Source: Candidatus Sumerlaeaceae bacterium
GTDB taxonomy: Bacteria; Sumerlaeota; Sumerlaeia; Sumerlaeales; Sumerlaeaceae
NCBI GenBank assembly: GCA_051003195.1
Contig: JBPCLP010000009.1
Location: 64,001 to 128,000, forward strand
Length of the DNA stretch: 64,000 bases
Reading direction: 5' to 3'
The first letter of the stretch is position 1. Every line of letters starts with the position of its first letter. The translations under genes and the position numbers were made by a program. This document shows, piece by piece, positions 1 to 10,389 of this stretch. The notes under the pieces were generated by a model. That model did not search any database. It saw only the letters and a list, made by a program, of their open reading frames with translations, and was not told the origin of the DNA.

Positions 1-35
1 GCCTGACGACTGATGTTTTACAACATTCGCGCATG

Positions 36-2108
36 CTACTGCTTCACCAGCTTCATTGCGTCGACAGAAACGCTGACAGTTGGACCAGGCTCAACACCTT
101 CTGTGCTCAACGTAACGACCGGCTGATGCTGGCCAGCCTTTAGTGTGAACTTGCCGATCGAATTCCACCTCTTGGCGCTGGAGGGGTCAGATTGATCGAC
201 GGAAAGTTTTTGCGGGCCAGCTGCCGCGTCAACGGTGACGGGTACCTTGTCGGAACGGAACTGCTTGTTGGACTGCACCCACCACACGAAGATCTCGTAC
301 TCGCCGTCTTCAGGAACGTCTGCGTAGAAGGTGGCACGCTTTATGGTTCCGTCGACACGTCCGATCAGTGAGGACTGTTGATAGGACTCGGTCAGGTTTA
401 CCGAGTTTTCCCAGGCCTGCGGCGGATCGACTGAAACCGACGTCGGGATTTTGTCGTCCGCGATGATTCCGGAGGTATCCTGCACGGCTGGTGCCGGAGC
501 TCCAACTGCCGGGCCCCCAGTTGGGAGAGATGGCAACGGAGGCGCTGTTTCCGTTGCGCCTGTTGCTCCCGGCAGAGTTGGCAACGTGGGCGGAGCTGAT
601 ACACCTGGCGCGGTGCCAGTTCCTGGCAGAGCCGGGATGGTACCGCCGGCTTCAGGCAGGCTAGGTAGCGGCGCCGCACTTGCGCCCGGAGTGACAGCCA
701 TCACTTCGGTGGTCGGTGTGGGTACGGGTGTAAGGGCTAACGGAGCAGGTCCGCCGATCGATGCCGGCACGTCTATACCCGTAGGTGGAGAGGCGGGTTC
801 ATTTGTGTTCATGCTGGGGAATGGCGTTAAAGGCTGAAGAGCAGGCGCTGCCTCGGCGGGTAACTCGGCCGGTGCGACGGACAACTCTGCGCCAATTGGT
901 GCGGCAGGGCCACCGGGCACCACCGCGGGGATTTGAGCAATGCCAGCCAGTGACGCGGGTGTAAGAGCCGCGATGGCTGGCTGCGGACCTGTGACTACCA
1001 CAGCACCTGCGACCGGCGCGGATGCGGCAGCAGTGATGGGGCTGAGCGTCTCAGGATTCGCAAGTCCGGGCGCATACCGCTGGGTAGTATAGCTTGCCTC
1101 GTTGGTCTGAATTGCGGTGGAAGGAGCTAGAACGTACGCAGGTACTTGCGGCTCCACCGGCGTCGTGCCGGCGTAACCCTGTGGCCAGTAGAATGTACCG
1201 TACGGTAGATTTACGTAAATGTCGGTACGGACAAATGGAGCCGAGGCGTACGCGTAACGAACCGGCGGCGCCATGATGTTGGCAGGATAGGGAGTAACGC
1301 CCGGCAGCAATACACGCGTGACCGTTTGTGGCATGTAGATAATCGGCGGACCTGCAAAAGCTGGTGAGCGCAAATACGGCGTGCCTACTGGAGCCGCGGC
1401 TGCAAGGCCGACACCATAGGGACCAATGATACCGGCTTCTGCCGTTACCGCGGGTCGCGGATAAACGGTTAGTCCACTACTGCGCGGCGTCAGTGCAGGG
1501 CTTACTGCTTCCGTCACTCTTTCAACGGACCGAGACTTGATGCTTTCAACGGACCCAGCCTGCGAGCTTTGGCCTTTTTCCAGCTGCGTGGCCTGGTCTT
1601 CGACTGTTATTTTTTTTGTCGTTGTCTGCGACTGCGATTGTGACAGCGCGTCGAGTGACTTTACTTCGCCTGCCATGGGAGGCAGCGACGGCGGAACGGC
1701 CGGGCCGGGCACGGGCGCGACAGCGCTCAGCGGAGGGAGATCGCCCAGTGCGGGCGCAGCTGCGACGGTGCGTTGTGATGGTTCTGATGGAGCAGTGGAC
1801 GATAGCGGAGCTTTTGGATCTTCGGACAATGAAATGATGTCGCCGACGCGAACCTTGCTTGCGGCGGCTGCTGGTACGACGACGACGCTTCCGCCCGGTT
1901 TGCCGCTGCTTTCCACAACAGCATCCGTAATCACCTTGCCGCCGCGCACAATAAATACCGGTTCGCCATCTGGCCGAACAGTACGCAAATCCACGTACAT
2001 TTTACCAGTCTTTGCATCCGGCTTCAGTGTCACCTTGCCGATCTGCTGCGCACCTGACACGCTGGCCAATGCGATCCCAACGGCAACAATGCTGACAACT
2101 CTGCTCAT
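36..2108 (-). CDS. Secreted Pro/Ala-rich protein with C-terminal golvesin/xanthan-lyase CBD-like domain
   Basis: Start MSRVVSIVAVGIALASVSGAQQ (signal peptide, GGGAG upstream); long P/A/T-rich linker; C-terminus VPEDGEYEIFVWW...VDQ...WNSIGKF...VDAMKL. Confidence 0.7.
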   Translation of the reverse strand: MSRVVSIVAVGIALASVSGAQQIGKVTLKPDAKTGKMYVDLRTVRPDGEPVFIVRGGKVITDAVVESSGKPGGSVVVVPAAAASKVRVGDIISLSEDPKAPLSSTAPSEPSQRTVAAAPALGDLPPLSAVAPVPGPAVPPSLPPMAGEVKSLDALSQSQSQTTTKKITVEDQATQLEKGQSSQAGSVESIKSRSVERVTEAVSPALTPRSSGLTVYPRPAVTAEAGIIGPYGVGLAAAAPVGTPYLRSPAFAGPPIIYMPQTVTRVLLPGVTPYPANIMAPPVRYAYASAPFVRTDIYVNLPYGTFYWPQGYAGTTPVEPQVPAYVLAPSTAIQTNEASYTTQRYAPGLANPETLSPITAAASAPVAGAVVVTGPQPAIAALTPASLAGIAQIPAVVPGGPAAPIGAELSVAPAELPAEAAPALQPLTPFPSMNTNEPASPPTGIDVPASIGGPAPLALTPVPTPTTEVMAVTPGASAAPLPSLPEAGGTIPALPGTGTAPGVSAPPTLPTLPGATGATETAPPLPSLPTGGPAVGAPAPAVQDTSGIIADDKIPTSVSVDPPQAWENSVNLTESYQQSSLIGRVDGTIKRATFYADVPEDGEYEIFVWWVQSNKQFRSDKVPVTVDAAAGPQKLSVDQSDPSSAKRWNSIGKFTLKAGQHQPVVTLSTEGVEPGPTVSVSVDAMKLVKQ

Positions 2109-2393
2109 GCGAAACTCCCGTCCAACATTCTCCCAGCAACCGGGGCTACCACAATGCAATCCGTGCGCCAAGCGCGAACACGGCGTCGCTCTAAACACGT
2201 GCAGTAGACCAAATCCCATAGCACTGCCGCAAGTAGATTTGCCCCGCTCCATGCATTTCGCATTTAAGGAACGCTGAAGCGGGTTGAGCGAAACCAGCTC
2301 GAATCTGCTCGATCCTTGCGGCATCTCCGGGGTCGCAGTTCACCGCGTAAAATGTTCTGGAAACCTGTGCATTGTCATCTATAGTACGGCCCC

Positions 2394-3371
2394 ATGGAAT
2401 CCCGAAGACTTGTTGTCGCGGCCTGCTTGTCATTGTGCACTGCCGCATTCGCAGAAGTGCCACCGGCTAATACCCTCCCCTGTTTTCCCGGTGCGTATTA
2501 CCGCAAGGCGGTGTCCAGCCAGGACATGTGGTCGGGAATCGAAGGCGTGATTACGTTGCCCGATTTTCAGCCCGACCCTGAGCGGGTCAATCCCGACAAT
2601 GGCAAGTCTCTCGATAATCCCTCGATCTATCTTGGGGGCCGTGCTGAGAACCAGGAGATCGATGCGGGACTAAGCTGGGAAGTTATTAAGGAGCCGGACG
2701 GCAGCGTCAGCCCAATACGCCGCGCGTTTCGTCCCTTCTGGAGAAACAAGGAGTGGCATTCGGGACCCGCAAAGCCGGACTTTTATTATTATCCAGGCGA
2801 CCAGATCCGAATCCGGTTAGAGACGACCGAGGCGAACAAACTTCGCATGTCGATCGAGTTGCTAAGTCGCGGCGAGAGCGGAAAACCGAAAGCTTTAGAA
2901 CCAGCTCCGCCTTCAGACCCGCTGACTACAGCTACAGCGGAGACCGAAACGACGGGAAGTTCGGTTGCCGGAAAAACAACTAACACGAAGGCGATTCTGG
3001 CTACGGGAACAGTGCCAACATCGAGTAGCGAAAAGGGTCACGGGAAAGATTTTGCTGCTACTTCGCCCGATGCGCTCACGTCACTGTCGGTCAACTTTGA
3101 TGCGCCTAACTTCGGGCCTGGACGCATCCAGGAGTTCAAGCGCGTGAATGCCATCGATCAGAGCGGCAACGAAGGCAGGGGAGTGGTGCCAACCAAAGCA
3201 CGTGTGATGGATGCCACGTGGACCGAAGTCTATCTGCTGCGCAGACGGCTTCGGGTACCAATGACGGACAACCGATTCACGGACATGCGCTGCCCGGATA
3301 AAAAGCACTTTACGGTGTTCAGCTTCGACAATACCGGGGAACGCATCTGCATCCGCGGCGCCGAGAACTAA
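2394..3371 (+). CDS. Secreted hypothetical protein
   Basis: Signal peptide; globular segments (PCFPGAYYRKAVS, NPSIYLGG, EIDAGLSWE, FKRVNAIDQ) split by a Thr-rich insert. Confidence 0.7.
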   Translation: MESRRLVVAACLSLCTAAFAEVPPANTLPCFPGAYYRKAVSSQDMWSGIEGVITLPDFQPDPERVNPDNGKSLDNPSIYLGGRAENQEIDAGLSWEVIKEPDGSVSPIRRAFRPFWRNKEWHSGPAKPDFYYYPGDQIRIRLETTEANKLRMSIELLSRGESGKPKALEPAPPSDPLTTATAETETTGSSVAGKTTNTKAILATGTVPTSSSEKGHGKDFAATSPDALTSLSVNFDAPNFGPGRIQEFKRVNAIDQSGNEGRGVVPTKARVMDATWTEVYLLRRRLRVPMTDNRFTDMRCPDKKHFTVFSFDNTGERICIRGAEN

Positions 3372-3408
3372 TCGCGAGCAACAAGGGCCCGACAACCCAT
3401 ACTCGTGA

Positions 3409-3598
3409 GGTCTACCGTTAGTTCGTAATCGGTTATGTGTGCCGAATCGAGGTTAAGTTTGCCCTTTGGTCTGGTAAGGAACTACGGATTCGGCACACCG
3501 GGGATGGTGTTCCATCAATTCGTTCACTGGTTTTGTGTGCCGTCCGAGTTCGTAAGCTTCCTGAAGTATAGCTATGAACTTCAGGGACGGCACACTGG
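3409..3598 (+). repeat. Hairpin repeat family, locus 1 (units A1 and B1)
   Basis: ctaccgttagttcg...gtgtgccgaatc/gattcggcacac and gtgtgccgtcc/ggacggcacac stems; homologous to 23168-23508 and 46201-46291. Confidence 0.9.
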
Positions 3599-3756
3599 TG
3601 TGGTGTTCCAGATATTCGTAACGACATTTGCGCGTTTTCCGGCGCCGCTTTCAGGGCGCGATGTAATTGGATCGATAACCCAGGGCTGCGTCGGCCACAA
3701 AAAGCCGTGGCCTCCTTTCCCTGGGCTGTGTTCCGCTGCACCTTCGGTGCAAAAAG

Positions 3757-3930
3757 CTATTTCTCCTTGCGGACACCCTTGAACTTCCCGCCGCTGGTTT
3801 TCTGGTCCATGAAACGGCCGGTCGTGCGGTCGCGTTTGGTCATGTTGCCGGTGAGCGGCGAATCAATTTGTGAGCGCTTACGCACTGCGCCGACGCGCTT
3901 GTTATCACCGGTGAGGGCGTTCTTAGCCAT
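3757..3930 (-). CDS. Small basic hypothetical protein (57 aa), absent from ORF track
   Basis: AAGGAG RBS; MAKNALTGDNKRVGAVRKRSQIDSPLTGNMTKRDRTTGRFMDQKTSGGKFKGVRKEK. Confidence 0.8.
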   Translation of the reverse strand: MAKNALTGDNKRVGAVRKRSQIDSPLTGNMTKRDRTTGRFMDQKTSGGKFKGVRKEK

Positions 3931-4048
3931 GGAACTGCTCCTTTTTAGTAAGTTGCGAGTATCAAGGGCAAGTTCTGTGCGAGGTGACCAGGCACAGTGC
4001 CATTACTCAAAAGCGTGACGCCTGATCGTGCTGCTTCCCGCGTTCGGC

Positions 4049-5566
4049 TTACGGCCCGCTAAGGATCTGCTCTGGAGACTTGAGGCTCGTGTCGGTTCGA
4101 AGCGCGGTCCCTTCCGGATCCGCGATGACAATGGCCGGAACCTTAAACACAATGTATTTGTACATGTAAGACTTGTCCTCTTTGGAAACGTCGACGGCGG
4201 TCCAAACGTACTTGCTGGCCGCAGCTGCCACAGCCGGCGAACTCATCATGGCGTCCCACTGTCGTTTGCACGCCGGTGTCTCGGGCGAGTAGAAAAACAT
4301 CGCGACGTTTTTTCGCTGCGCCTTAGCATTCTGGAAGGCCTCGCCTAATTTGACCAGGGAAATGCCGTTCGGCGCTGTAAAAGCCGGCTGTCCGACGGCG
4401 CTTCCGGCCGAGGGAAGTATCAAACTCGATGCCTTTGGTTGCGTAATTTGAAATGCCTGAATGGCGTTGATGGCTATAGTGCCCTTCGCCTGGCCGGTTT
4501 CCTGCGCGCGTCCGCCGGTTACGAAAATCCAGCCCCGGCTCTTATCCAGTCCAAGCGAGGGATAGATTCGCACATCAAGGTCTGAGGAGAGTAGCTGCCA
4601 TGCTTGTGGGGTTCCGCTCTCCAGCCTCGAAAACATGATGTCGTTAGTTCCAACTCCACCGATATATCGGCCAGCCACTGCTACGAGGTGATCATTAAAC
4701 CCGCAGAATGCGGAACTGTAAATCGGCTTCGTCATCACCGGCAGTTCTGCCCAGTCGCCCAGCGTTCCATCTTCTTTTACCGGCGCCGCAAGCACGCGGT
4801 TACTTGCGGATGCAGGCGTCTTCGCTGTCAGCCCGCCCCATACAAACATCTTACCATTCAGGATCGCGCTGCCCTGGAACCACAGCGCGATCGGCATTTG
4901 GGAAACAGATCGCCAGTTAACAGGCGCGCCCTCCGGACTGAAGTCGCACGTAATCACATTCGAGCTGATTGCGCTGGTGCCATTGCCCCCGACCACGTAC
5001 AGATGCTTATCATCCGAGCAGGTGCCGATACACGAAAGGGGAGCAGCATCGAACGGATCGCTGCGCTTCCATTCCTGCAGTGCACCGGCGGAGTCCACCG
5101 TGGTCCACAGCACGTCGTTGGCGCGTACGAGCTTCGCTTCGGTTGACGTCGCGGATGGAACCGTTGCGCCACCTATGACGTAAATGCGATTGTTCACGAC
5201 CTCGACGGAAGTCCCGATTGAGCGACGGTATTCCGGTAAACTGGTTTCCGGCCGCCACGTACCGAGATTTCCGTCCTGCTGGATTTCCGCAGAGATCACG
5301 TCGTTTCGGAAGCCGGCATCGTTATTGCCGCCCATGATGTAGAGTCGCGTGCCGACAACGGCACAGCCGTGCATCTGGCGCGGATCAGGGAGCGGATTGC
5401 AGCGTTTGGTTTGAAAGAGTGGGGCCTGCGCGTTCGCGTCGGAAAAAGTGAGCCCGGTGAACCAGAGTACCGTAAGACCAAGTCTAAGTACGCGCGTGAT
5501 TGCCACTGTGGGTGTCCCTTCTGCTACCGTTATTGTTGTTACGGCGAACAAAGTTGGTTCACTCAA
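4049..5566 (-). CDS. Kelch-repeat beta-propeller with C-terminal thioredoxin-like domain
   Basis: Repeated LYxxGG..W blades; C-terminal FFYSPETPACK...VDVS...VFKVPAIV; start uncertain. Confidence 0.75.
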   Translation of the reverse strand: MSEPTLFAVTTITVAEGTPTVAITRVLRLGLTVLWFTGLTFSDANAQAPLFQTKRCNPLPDPRQMHGCAVVGTRLYIMGGNNDAGFRNDVISAEIQQDGNLGTWRPETSLPEYRRSIGTSVEVVNNRIYVIGGATVPSATSTEAKLVRANDVLWTTVDSAGALQEWKRSDPFDAAPLSCIGTCSDDKHLYVVGGNGTSAISSNVITCDFSPEGAPVNWRSVSQMPIALWFQGSAILNGKMFVWGGLTAKTPASASNRVLAAPVKEDGTLGDWAELPVMTKPIYSSAFCGFNDHLVAVAGRYIGGVGTNDIMFSRLESGTPQAWQLLSSDLDVRIYPSLGLDKSRGWIFVTGGRAQETGQAKGTIAINAIQAFQITQPKASSLILPSAGSAVGQPAFTAPNGISLVKLGEAFQNAKAQRKNVAMFFYSPETPACKRQWDAMMSSPAVAAAASKYVWTAVDVSKEDKSYMYKYIVFKVPAIVIADPEGTALRTDTSLKSPEQILSGP

Positions 5567-5612
5567 GACAATTTCGCGTACTGAAGTTCCTCATAAACTT
5601 CGGATGCAAACG

Positions 5613-6464
5613 TTACCGCTGGCGCGCGCGGGCTTCCAGCGCATCCGCGCAGGAGATCGGCACGTGCAGGTCTCCTTCACCGGTTCCCATGCTGATCTTC
5701 GGCTTATTACGACCATGGTAGTCACTGCCGCCGGTGGCCACGAGGTTATATTTCCGTGAGAGAGAGAGGTATTGTTGCGTTTCCTCAGCGGTATGCAGGC
5801 TATAATAGCATTCGATGCCACCAAGCCCGGCGTCCGTGAGCGAGCGCACAAGGTCGTCGAGTGTTTCGCCGTCCGGAAAGCGGACCAGTTTCGGATGTGC
5901 CAGCACGGCCACTCCGCCTGCTTCCCGAATCATTGCCACAGAATCCTCCGGCCCAAAACGAAGGCGATCCATATATGCCGCAGCGCCTTTTGCGAGATAC
6001 TTATCGAAGGCCTCCTGGCGTTGCTGAACATATCCCTTTCGAAGGAGCACCGCTGCAAAATGCGGGCGGCCGACAACCTTTCCGCCGGCCTCGGCGGTGA
6101 TTTCATTGTACGTGATATCCATTCCCAGCTCGTTCAGCTTCTTGACGATCTGAAGGTTGCGTTCGTCGCGGCCCTTCAGGATCTCGCCGAGCTTCTCGCG
6201 GAGTGTGTCGGCCCCTGCATCGAAACAGTAGCCCAGCATGTGGACAGTCTTGCCTGCGTACTCGACACTAATCTCGACGCCCGAAAGCACGCGGACGCCC
6301 AGTTCCGTGCCGGCGGCTTTGGCCTCTTCCACGGCGCTGAAGGTATCGTGGTCGGTGACGGCGATGGCGGCCAGCCCCCGCTGGCTTGCGATTTCCACCA
6401 GTGCACGCGGCGTGTCGGTGCCATCAGAGTGAGTACTGTGCATGTGCAAATCACAGAGGGTCAT
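5613..6464 (-). CDS. PHP-domain phosphoesterase (TrpH/YciV family)
   Basis: DLHMHSTHSDG, AVTDHD, GVEIS, GRPHFA, LAHP, TGGSDYHG. Confidence 0.9.
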   Translation of the reverse strand: MTLCDLHMHSTHSDGTDTPRALVEIASQRGLAAIAVTDHDTFSAVEEAKAAGTELGVRVLSGVEISVEYAGKTVHMLGYCFDAGADTLREKLGEILKGRDERNLQIVKKLNELGMDITYNEITAEAGGKVVGRPHFAAVLLRKGYVQQRQEAFDKYLAKGAAAYMDRLRFGPEDSVAMIREAGGVAVLAHPKLVRFPDGETLDDLVRSLTDAGLGGIECYYSLHTAEETQQYLSLSRKYNLVATGGSDYHGRNKPKISMGTGEGDLHVPISCADALEARARQR

Positions 6465-6497
6465 CGTTTCAACCTGGGGATTAAAATACGGGCGCAG

Positions 6498-7244
6498 CTA
6501 TTTCGAGCTGCGGCGGATGGTGGACGTCGTCGTAGTCGAATCGTAGCTTTCGAGCACTTCCTCGTCGGAGTCACGGCGGCTGGAACCGGACACAGGCGTT
6601 GGTTTCGGAAAACGTGGCTCGAGAATCTCCGGTTCATATTTGCCGGCACCGCGGCGCTGTTCATAACGCCGCCGGTTGGCTGTATCGATAGGCCGTTCGG
6701 GAGCAGGGCGGTTATTGATTACAGCCAACACAATATTACGTGCAGCCTGGCGGAGCAGCCGGTCGCGTGCTTCGGTTTGCGTTTCGGAAATCGAGCGCCG
6801 CGGATCCGACACATACTGGACAACAGTCGGGACGCTATAACGGGCAAGTGGCACGAGCCGGTCGGAATCATAGGGGTCCCACAACTCAAGCGTACAGACA
6901 ATCTGCACGGTGCTGATAAGAGGAAACTGGTCATTGCCGAAGCCACTCGATTTTTCGGTGACGTTGGTAATTTTGCCTTCGAGGCGCACATCCGCGCGCT
7001 CGCTCTGCACGACGTCGAGTCGTCCATCCAGCATGAACTCGTCATTCACATAGAGCGTGAGGTCAGCCTGGGCTCCGAACCAGCGGGAGTTGTTCTTAAA
7101 CTCGCGGATATAGATTCGCTTGATGTGCGTGGGCAAACGCTGTGCAGGGGGAATGACCGCCATACTGCTCATACAGACGAGCATGAGCACCCCGAGCGTG
7201 ACGAGCCGAGCAATTGAGCGCTGCTGTTGCCAAATCATGAGCAA
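6498..7244 (-). CDS. lptE: LptE-like LPS-assembly protein
   Basis: LPTHIKRIYIREFKN...ADVRLEGKITN pattern; lies downstream of lolA-like gene; lipobox not canonical. Confidence 0.6.
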   Translation of the reverse strand: MLMIWQQQRSIARLVTLGVLMLVCMSSMAVIPPAQRLPTHIKRIYIREFKNNSRWFGAQADLTLYVNDEFMLDGRLDVVQSERADVRLEGKITNVTEKSSGFGNDQFPLISTVQIVCTLELWDPYDSDRLVPLARYSVPTVVQYVSDPRRSISETQTEARDRLLRQAARNIVLAVINNRPAPERPIDTANRRRYEQRRGAGKYEPEILEPRFPKPTPVSGSSRRDSDEEVLESYDSTTTTSTIRRSSK

Positions 7245-7262
7245 TGGAAGGACCTTTTGATG

Positions 7263-8012
7263 CTACTGCATGTCAACTTCGTTAGTACCCGAGGGCCAGT
7301 TTGGCTGGAAGTCCCTGGGAGACAATGGGGCGCCGATCTGTAATCCGGCAGTGTCGATGTTAACGAAAAGCTTGCTGCCTTCGGTCTGCTCCATGCTGAA
7401 ACGCTTCGGCAGCAGAGAGTCGGTGAGTTCCATAAGGATGTACTTAAACTGCGCGTCCCGGGTGTTACGCGGGATGAGCTTAATCGAGTTTTTAGCATCG
7501 CCGCGCTGAACCGTGTAGACGGCAAGCAGTTCCTGGGTGGGTGCGCCGAAACCCAAAAGCAGGTAATTGAGGTCGCGTACCGTTGCGCGCTTTTTAAATG
7601 TGTATTTCTGTACCTGCTTCTGGTCGGGGACGTAGTAGTAGCTGGTCTGGCCGTTGATGAGATTCATCGACTGCTTGGGTGACAGGTACTCTACTTTGAA
7701 GTTGTTTGGCTTAAGCAGTGCAAAACGTGCAGTCGAATCCTTCTTGTCCGCACCGAAACTGGAGTCGATCCTTTGCTGGGTGAATGAGCCCACCACGCTG
7801 CGAACGCCGCCATGCTGGCTTTCGATCTGCTGCAGAAGCGCCACGGCGGCTGGATCATTGGCGATCTCCGCGGCTGGTGCCTTTGACACTTCCTTCTGTG
7901 CGGTGACAGCAGCGCCGACCTTTTTTTCTGCCGACGCGGCTATGGCTAAAGCTGGTACTATCAACGCGGTGCAGCTAAAAACAATCCTGATAAAACGCAT
8001 TATTACCCTCAA
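7263..8012 (-). CDS. lolA: Outer-membrane lipoprotein carrier LolA family
   Basis: Signal peptide; SFTQ...LLKPNNFKVEYLSP...INGQTSYYYVPDQKQV. Confidence 0.75.
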   Translation of the reverse strand: MRVIMRFIRIVFSCTALIVPALAIAASAEKKVGAAVTAQKEVSKAPAAEIANDPAAVALLQQIESQHGGVRSVVGSFTQQRIDSSFGADKKDSTARFALLKPNNFKVEYLSPKQSMNLINGQTSYYYVPDQKQVQKYTFKKRATVRDLNYLLLGFGAPTQELLAVYTVQRGDAKNSIKLIPRNTRDAQFKYILMELTDSLLPKRFSMEQTEGSKLFVNIDTAGLQIGAPLSPRDFQPNWPSGTNEVDMQ

Positions 8013-8214
8013 CAGCAGATTCGCATATCCTCTTCAGGACAGGCGCTGAACATGTAAGCGTCCGGCTATGGTTTGCCGGGTTCAATGGCAAAGTGATACA
8101 GCAGTCTGCCGATTTTCGTCCTTGCCATTTAGGAATGGCTCATTATAACGGTCTATTACCGTTCCACCTGCATAGGTGCGGCGTTACATTGACGAACTGG
8201 AGGTATGACACGAC

Positions 8215-8586
8215 GTGCGAATTCTGATCCTGGACGACAATGCGGACGCTCTGCTTGTGCTTGAGAACTTTCTTAAGGCACTGGGTCATGACGTGAGCGG
8301 TTATACGGACGGCACCGAAGCGCTTCTGTGGCTGGGAGATGTGAAGCCGGAAATGATTATTGCGGACCTGGAAATGCCCAACATGGACGGCTTTTCGTTC
8401 GTGCAGAACGTGCGTGCACGGGCACGTTACTCATCGCTACCCATTGTCTGCATCACGGGCACAGATGCAACGGATGCGCAGATCGAGGCGGGCGGTTTTG
8501 CGGCAGTGCTTCGCAAACCGACGACGCTGGCGGACGTCATGAATGCAATCGAAGACGTTACTGCGACGCTTCAGCCCACTCCATAA
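8215..8586 (+). CDS. Single-domain response regulator (CheY-like)
   Basis: ILILDDN, DLEMPNMDG, LRKP. Confidence 0.9.
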   Translation: MRILILDDNADALLVLENFLKALGHDVSGYTDGTEALLWLGDVKPEMIIADLEMPNMDGFSFVQNVRARARYSSLPIVCITGTDATDAQIEAGGFAAVLRKPTTLADVMNAIEDVTATLQPTP

Positions 8587-8593
8587 AAAGCGC

Positions 8594-9409
8594 TTAACTT
8601 GCGAGTTCGCGGCTTCGCCGCGTTGCAGCCTCCACACAATCCTGAATAAGCTGCGAGAAATCCCCTTCTTCGAGAACCTTTAATCCTGCTTCCGTAGTGC
8701 CACCCCTGGTGGTCACGTTCTGACGCAGCTCGGGCAGTGGTTTGCCGCTCTCGATGGCCATGCGCACCGAGCCGAGAACCATCTGCGGCACGAGGCTTTT
8801 GGCTTCTGCCTCGGAAAGCCCAAGGTCTGTAGCGGCTTCGAGTAGCGCTTCCATAAAACGAAAGACGTATGCAGGTCCACTTCCAGTCAGCCCGGTTACA
8901 AGGTCCAGTTTTTCTTCCTGAACGACAACAGAAGTTCCCACTGAATCGAAGATAGCTTTCACGATTTCCAGATCTGCCGGATCTGCGTGTTGGCCAGGAC
9001 TGATTGCAGCTGAACCGCAACCTATAAGCGCAGGTGTGTTGGGCATAACGCGCACGACCCTGGCACCCGGATTAAGAGCCTGCTCAATTTTGCCAGTGCG
9101 AACTCCCGCACATATGGAGACGAACAACTGGCCGGGCCGGATGTGCTCCCGAATCTCAGCGCAGACTTCCGCAACCTGGTAGGGCTTGGTCGCGAAAATG
9201 ATAACATCGGCTGCGGACACCACTTCGACGTTACTGGCGGCCGCCCTGGCTCCCGTCTGTGACACCAGGTCATCTACCTGCGTCGGCAGTGCATCGGAAG
9301 CGATGGCTTGCTGCGGCTGTATAAGGCCCGATGCAATAGTGCCTTTAAGAATGGCGCGCGCCATATTGCCCGCGCCAATGAATCCAAGTTTCTGATCCAG
9401 TTTGTTCAA
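8594..9409 (-). CDS. proC: Pyrroline-5-carboxylate reductase
   Basis: FIGAGNMA, RVMPNTP, GSGPAY, VTTRGGTT. Confidence 0.97.
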   Translation of the reverse strand: MNKLDQKLGFIGAGNMARAILKGTIASGLIQPQQAIASDALPTQVDDLVSQTGARAAASNVEVVSAADVIIFATKPYQVAEVCAEIREHIRPGQLFVSICAGVRTGKIEQALNPGARVVRVMPNTPALIGCGSAAISPGQHADPADLEIVKAIFDSVGTSVVVQEEKLDLVTGLTGSGPAYVFRFMEALLEAATDLGLSEAEAKSLVPQMVLGSVRMAIESGKPLPELRQNVTTRGGTTEAGLKVLEEGDFSQLIQDCVEAATRRSRELAS

Positions 9410-9424
9410 ACGTCTTCCTACCGA

Positions 9425-10288
9425 TCAATGGCCAAAGAATACATCAATTTGCGCCGCACCCTTGCCGGACTCTTTCACCCGGTACATCAGTTCGTCGGCA
9501 CGATGAATCATTGCTTCGAGGTTTTCGGGCACGGCCGCAAATACAGCGACACCCAGGCTACAGGTTAATGCATAGCCATTGTCGTCTAATGCTTCCGAAA
9601 GAGCTTTGTGCAGCTTTTCTGCTACGGCGCGTGCCTGCGACTCACCGCTGTCCGGTAACATCGCGGCGAATTCATCGCCGCCGAAACGGGCGAGAATGTC
9701 AGTGCTTCGCAGACTCGCCTTCATGGATTCCGCGATCTTCTGCAGCACGCGGTCTCCCTCGCGGTGTCCCCGTGTATCGTTCACCTGCTTGAAGTCGTCG
9801 CAGTCGACATACAGAATCGCCGTGGGAGTGCCATTTCTGCGACAACGCTCCAGTTCAACTTCGGCACGTTCTTCGAACGCGCGCCTGTTCAATAGCCCCG
9901 TCAGAAAATCCTGACGCGCCGCTTCCTTCTCGGCTCGCATGGTATGCTTGAGCCGCGTGATGAGCCACACGATGATTGCGAACGTGCCGACCCGAACCAG
10001 AGTGTTCCAGATGCGAATAAGCGATGCGAACTCGTGCGGGGCGAGTACAAAACGTTCTGCTACTGCGGCCGCGAGTCCGAACATCAGTCCGTACGCTGGG
10101 CCAAGAGTGAAACCCGCCACCAAAACGGGCAGGACATAGAAGAATGAAAGCGACAGCTCCGGACCCGTTACCGCATCGGTGTATGCTGTGAGCAGTAGCA
10201 GGAAGGCGGCGATGGCAAATTGCACGAGCTTGTCCTGGCGATTGATCGACCGCATCGCTGCCAACAGGATTTGATTCAGGAACGACAT
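9425..10288 (-). CDS. Membrane-bound diguanylate cyclase (GGDEF)
   Basis: N-terminal TM helices; DFLTGLLNRR, FKQVNDTRGH, RFGGDEF. Confidence 0.93.
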   Translation of the reverse strand: MSFLNQILLAAMRSINRQDKLVQFAIAAFLLLLTAYTDAVTGPELSLSFFYVLPVLVAGFTLGPAYGLMFGLAAAVAERFVLAPHEFASLIRIWNTLVRVGTFAIIVWLITRLKHTMRAEKEAARQDFLTGLLNRRAFEERAEVELERCRRNGTPTAILYVDCDDFKQVNDTRGHREGDRVLQKIAESMKASLRSTDILARFGGDEFAAMLPDSGESQARAVAEKLHKALSEALDDNGYALTCSLGVAVFAAVPENLEAMIHRADELMYRVKESGKGAAQIDVFFGH

Positions 10289-10389
10289 GACTGCATGCGA
10301 TTGCCACGGTTGCGGCGAGTGACAAGCAATAAGTAATCATGTTTGCATCATGTGAAATGTTCTGGATTACTGCATTGTGAGAAGCGGAC

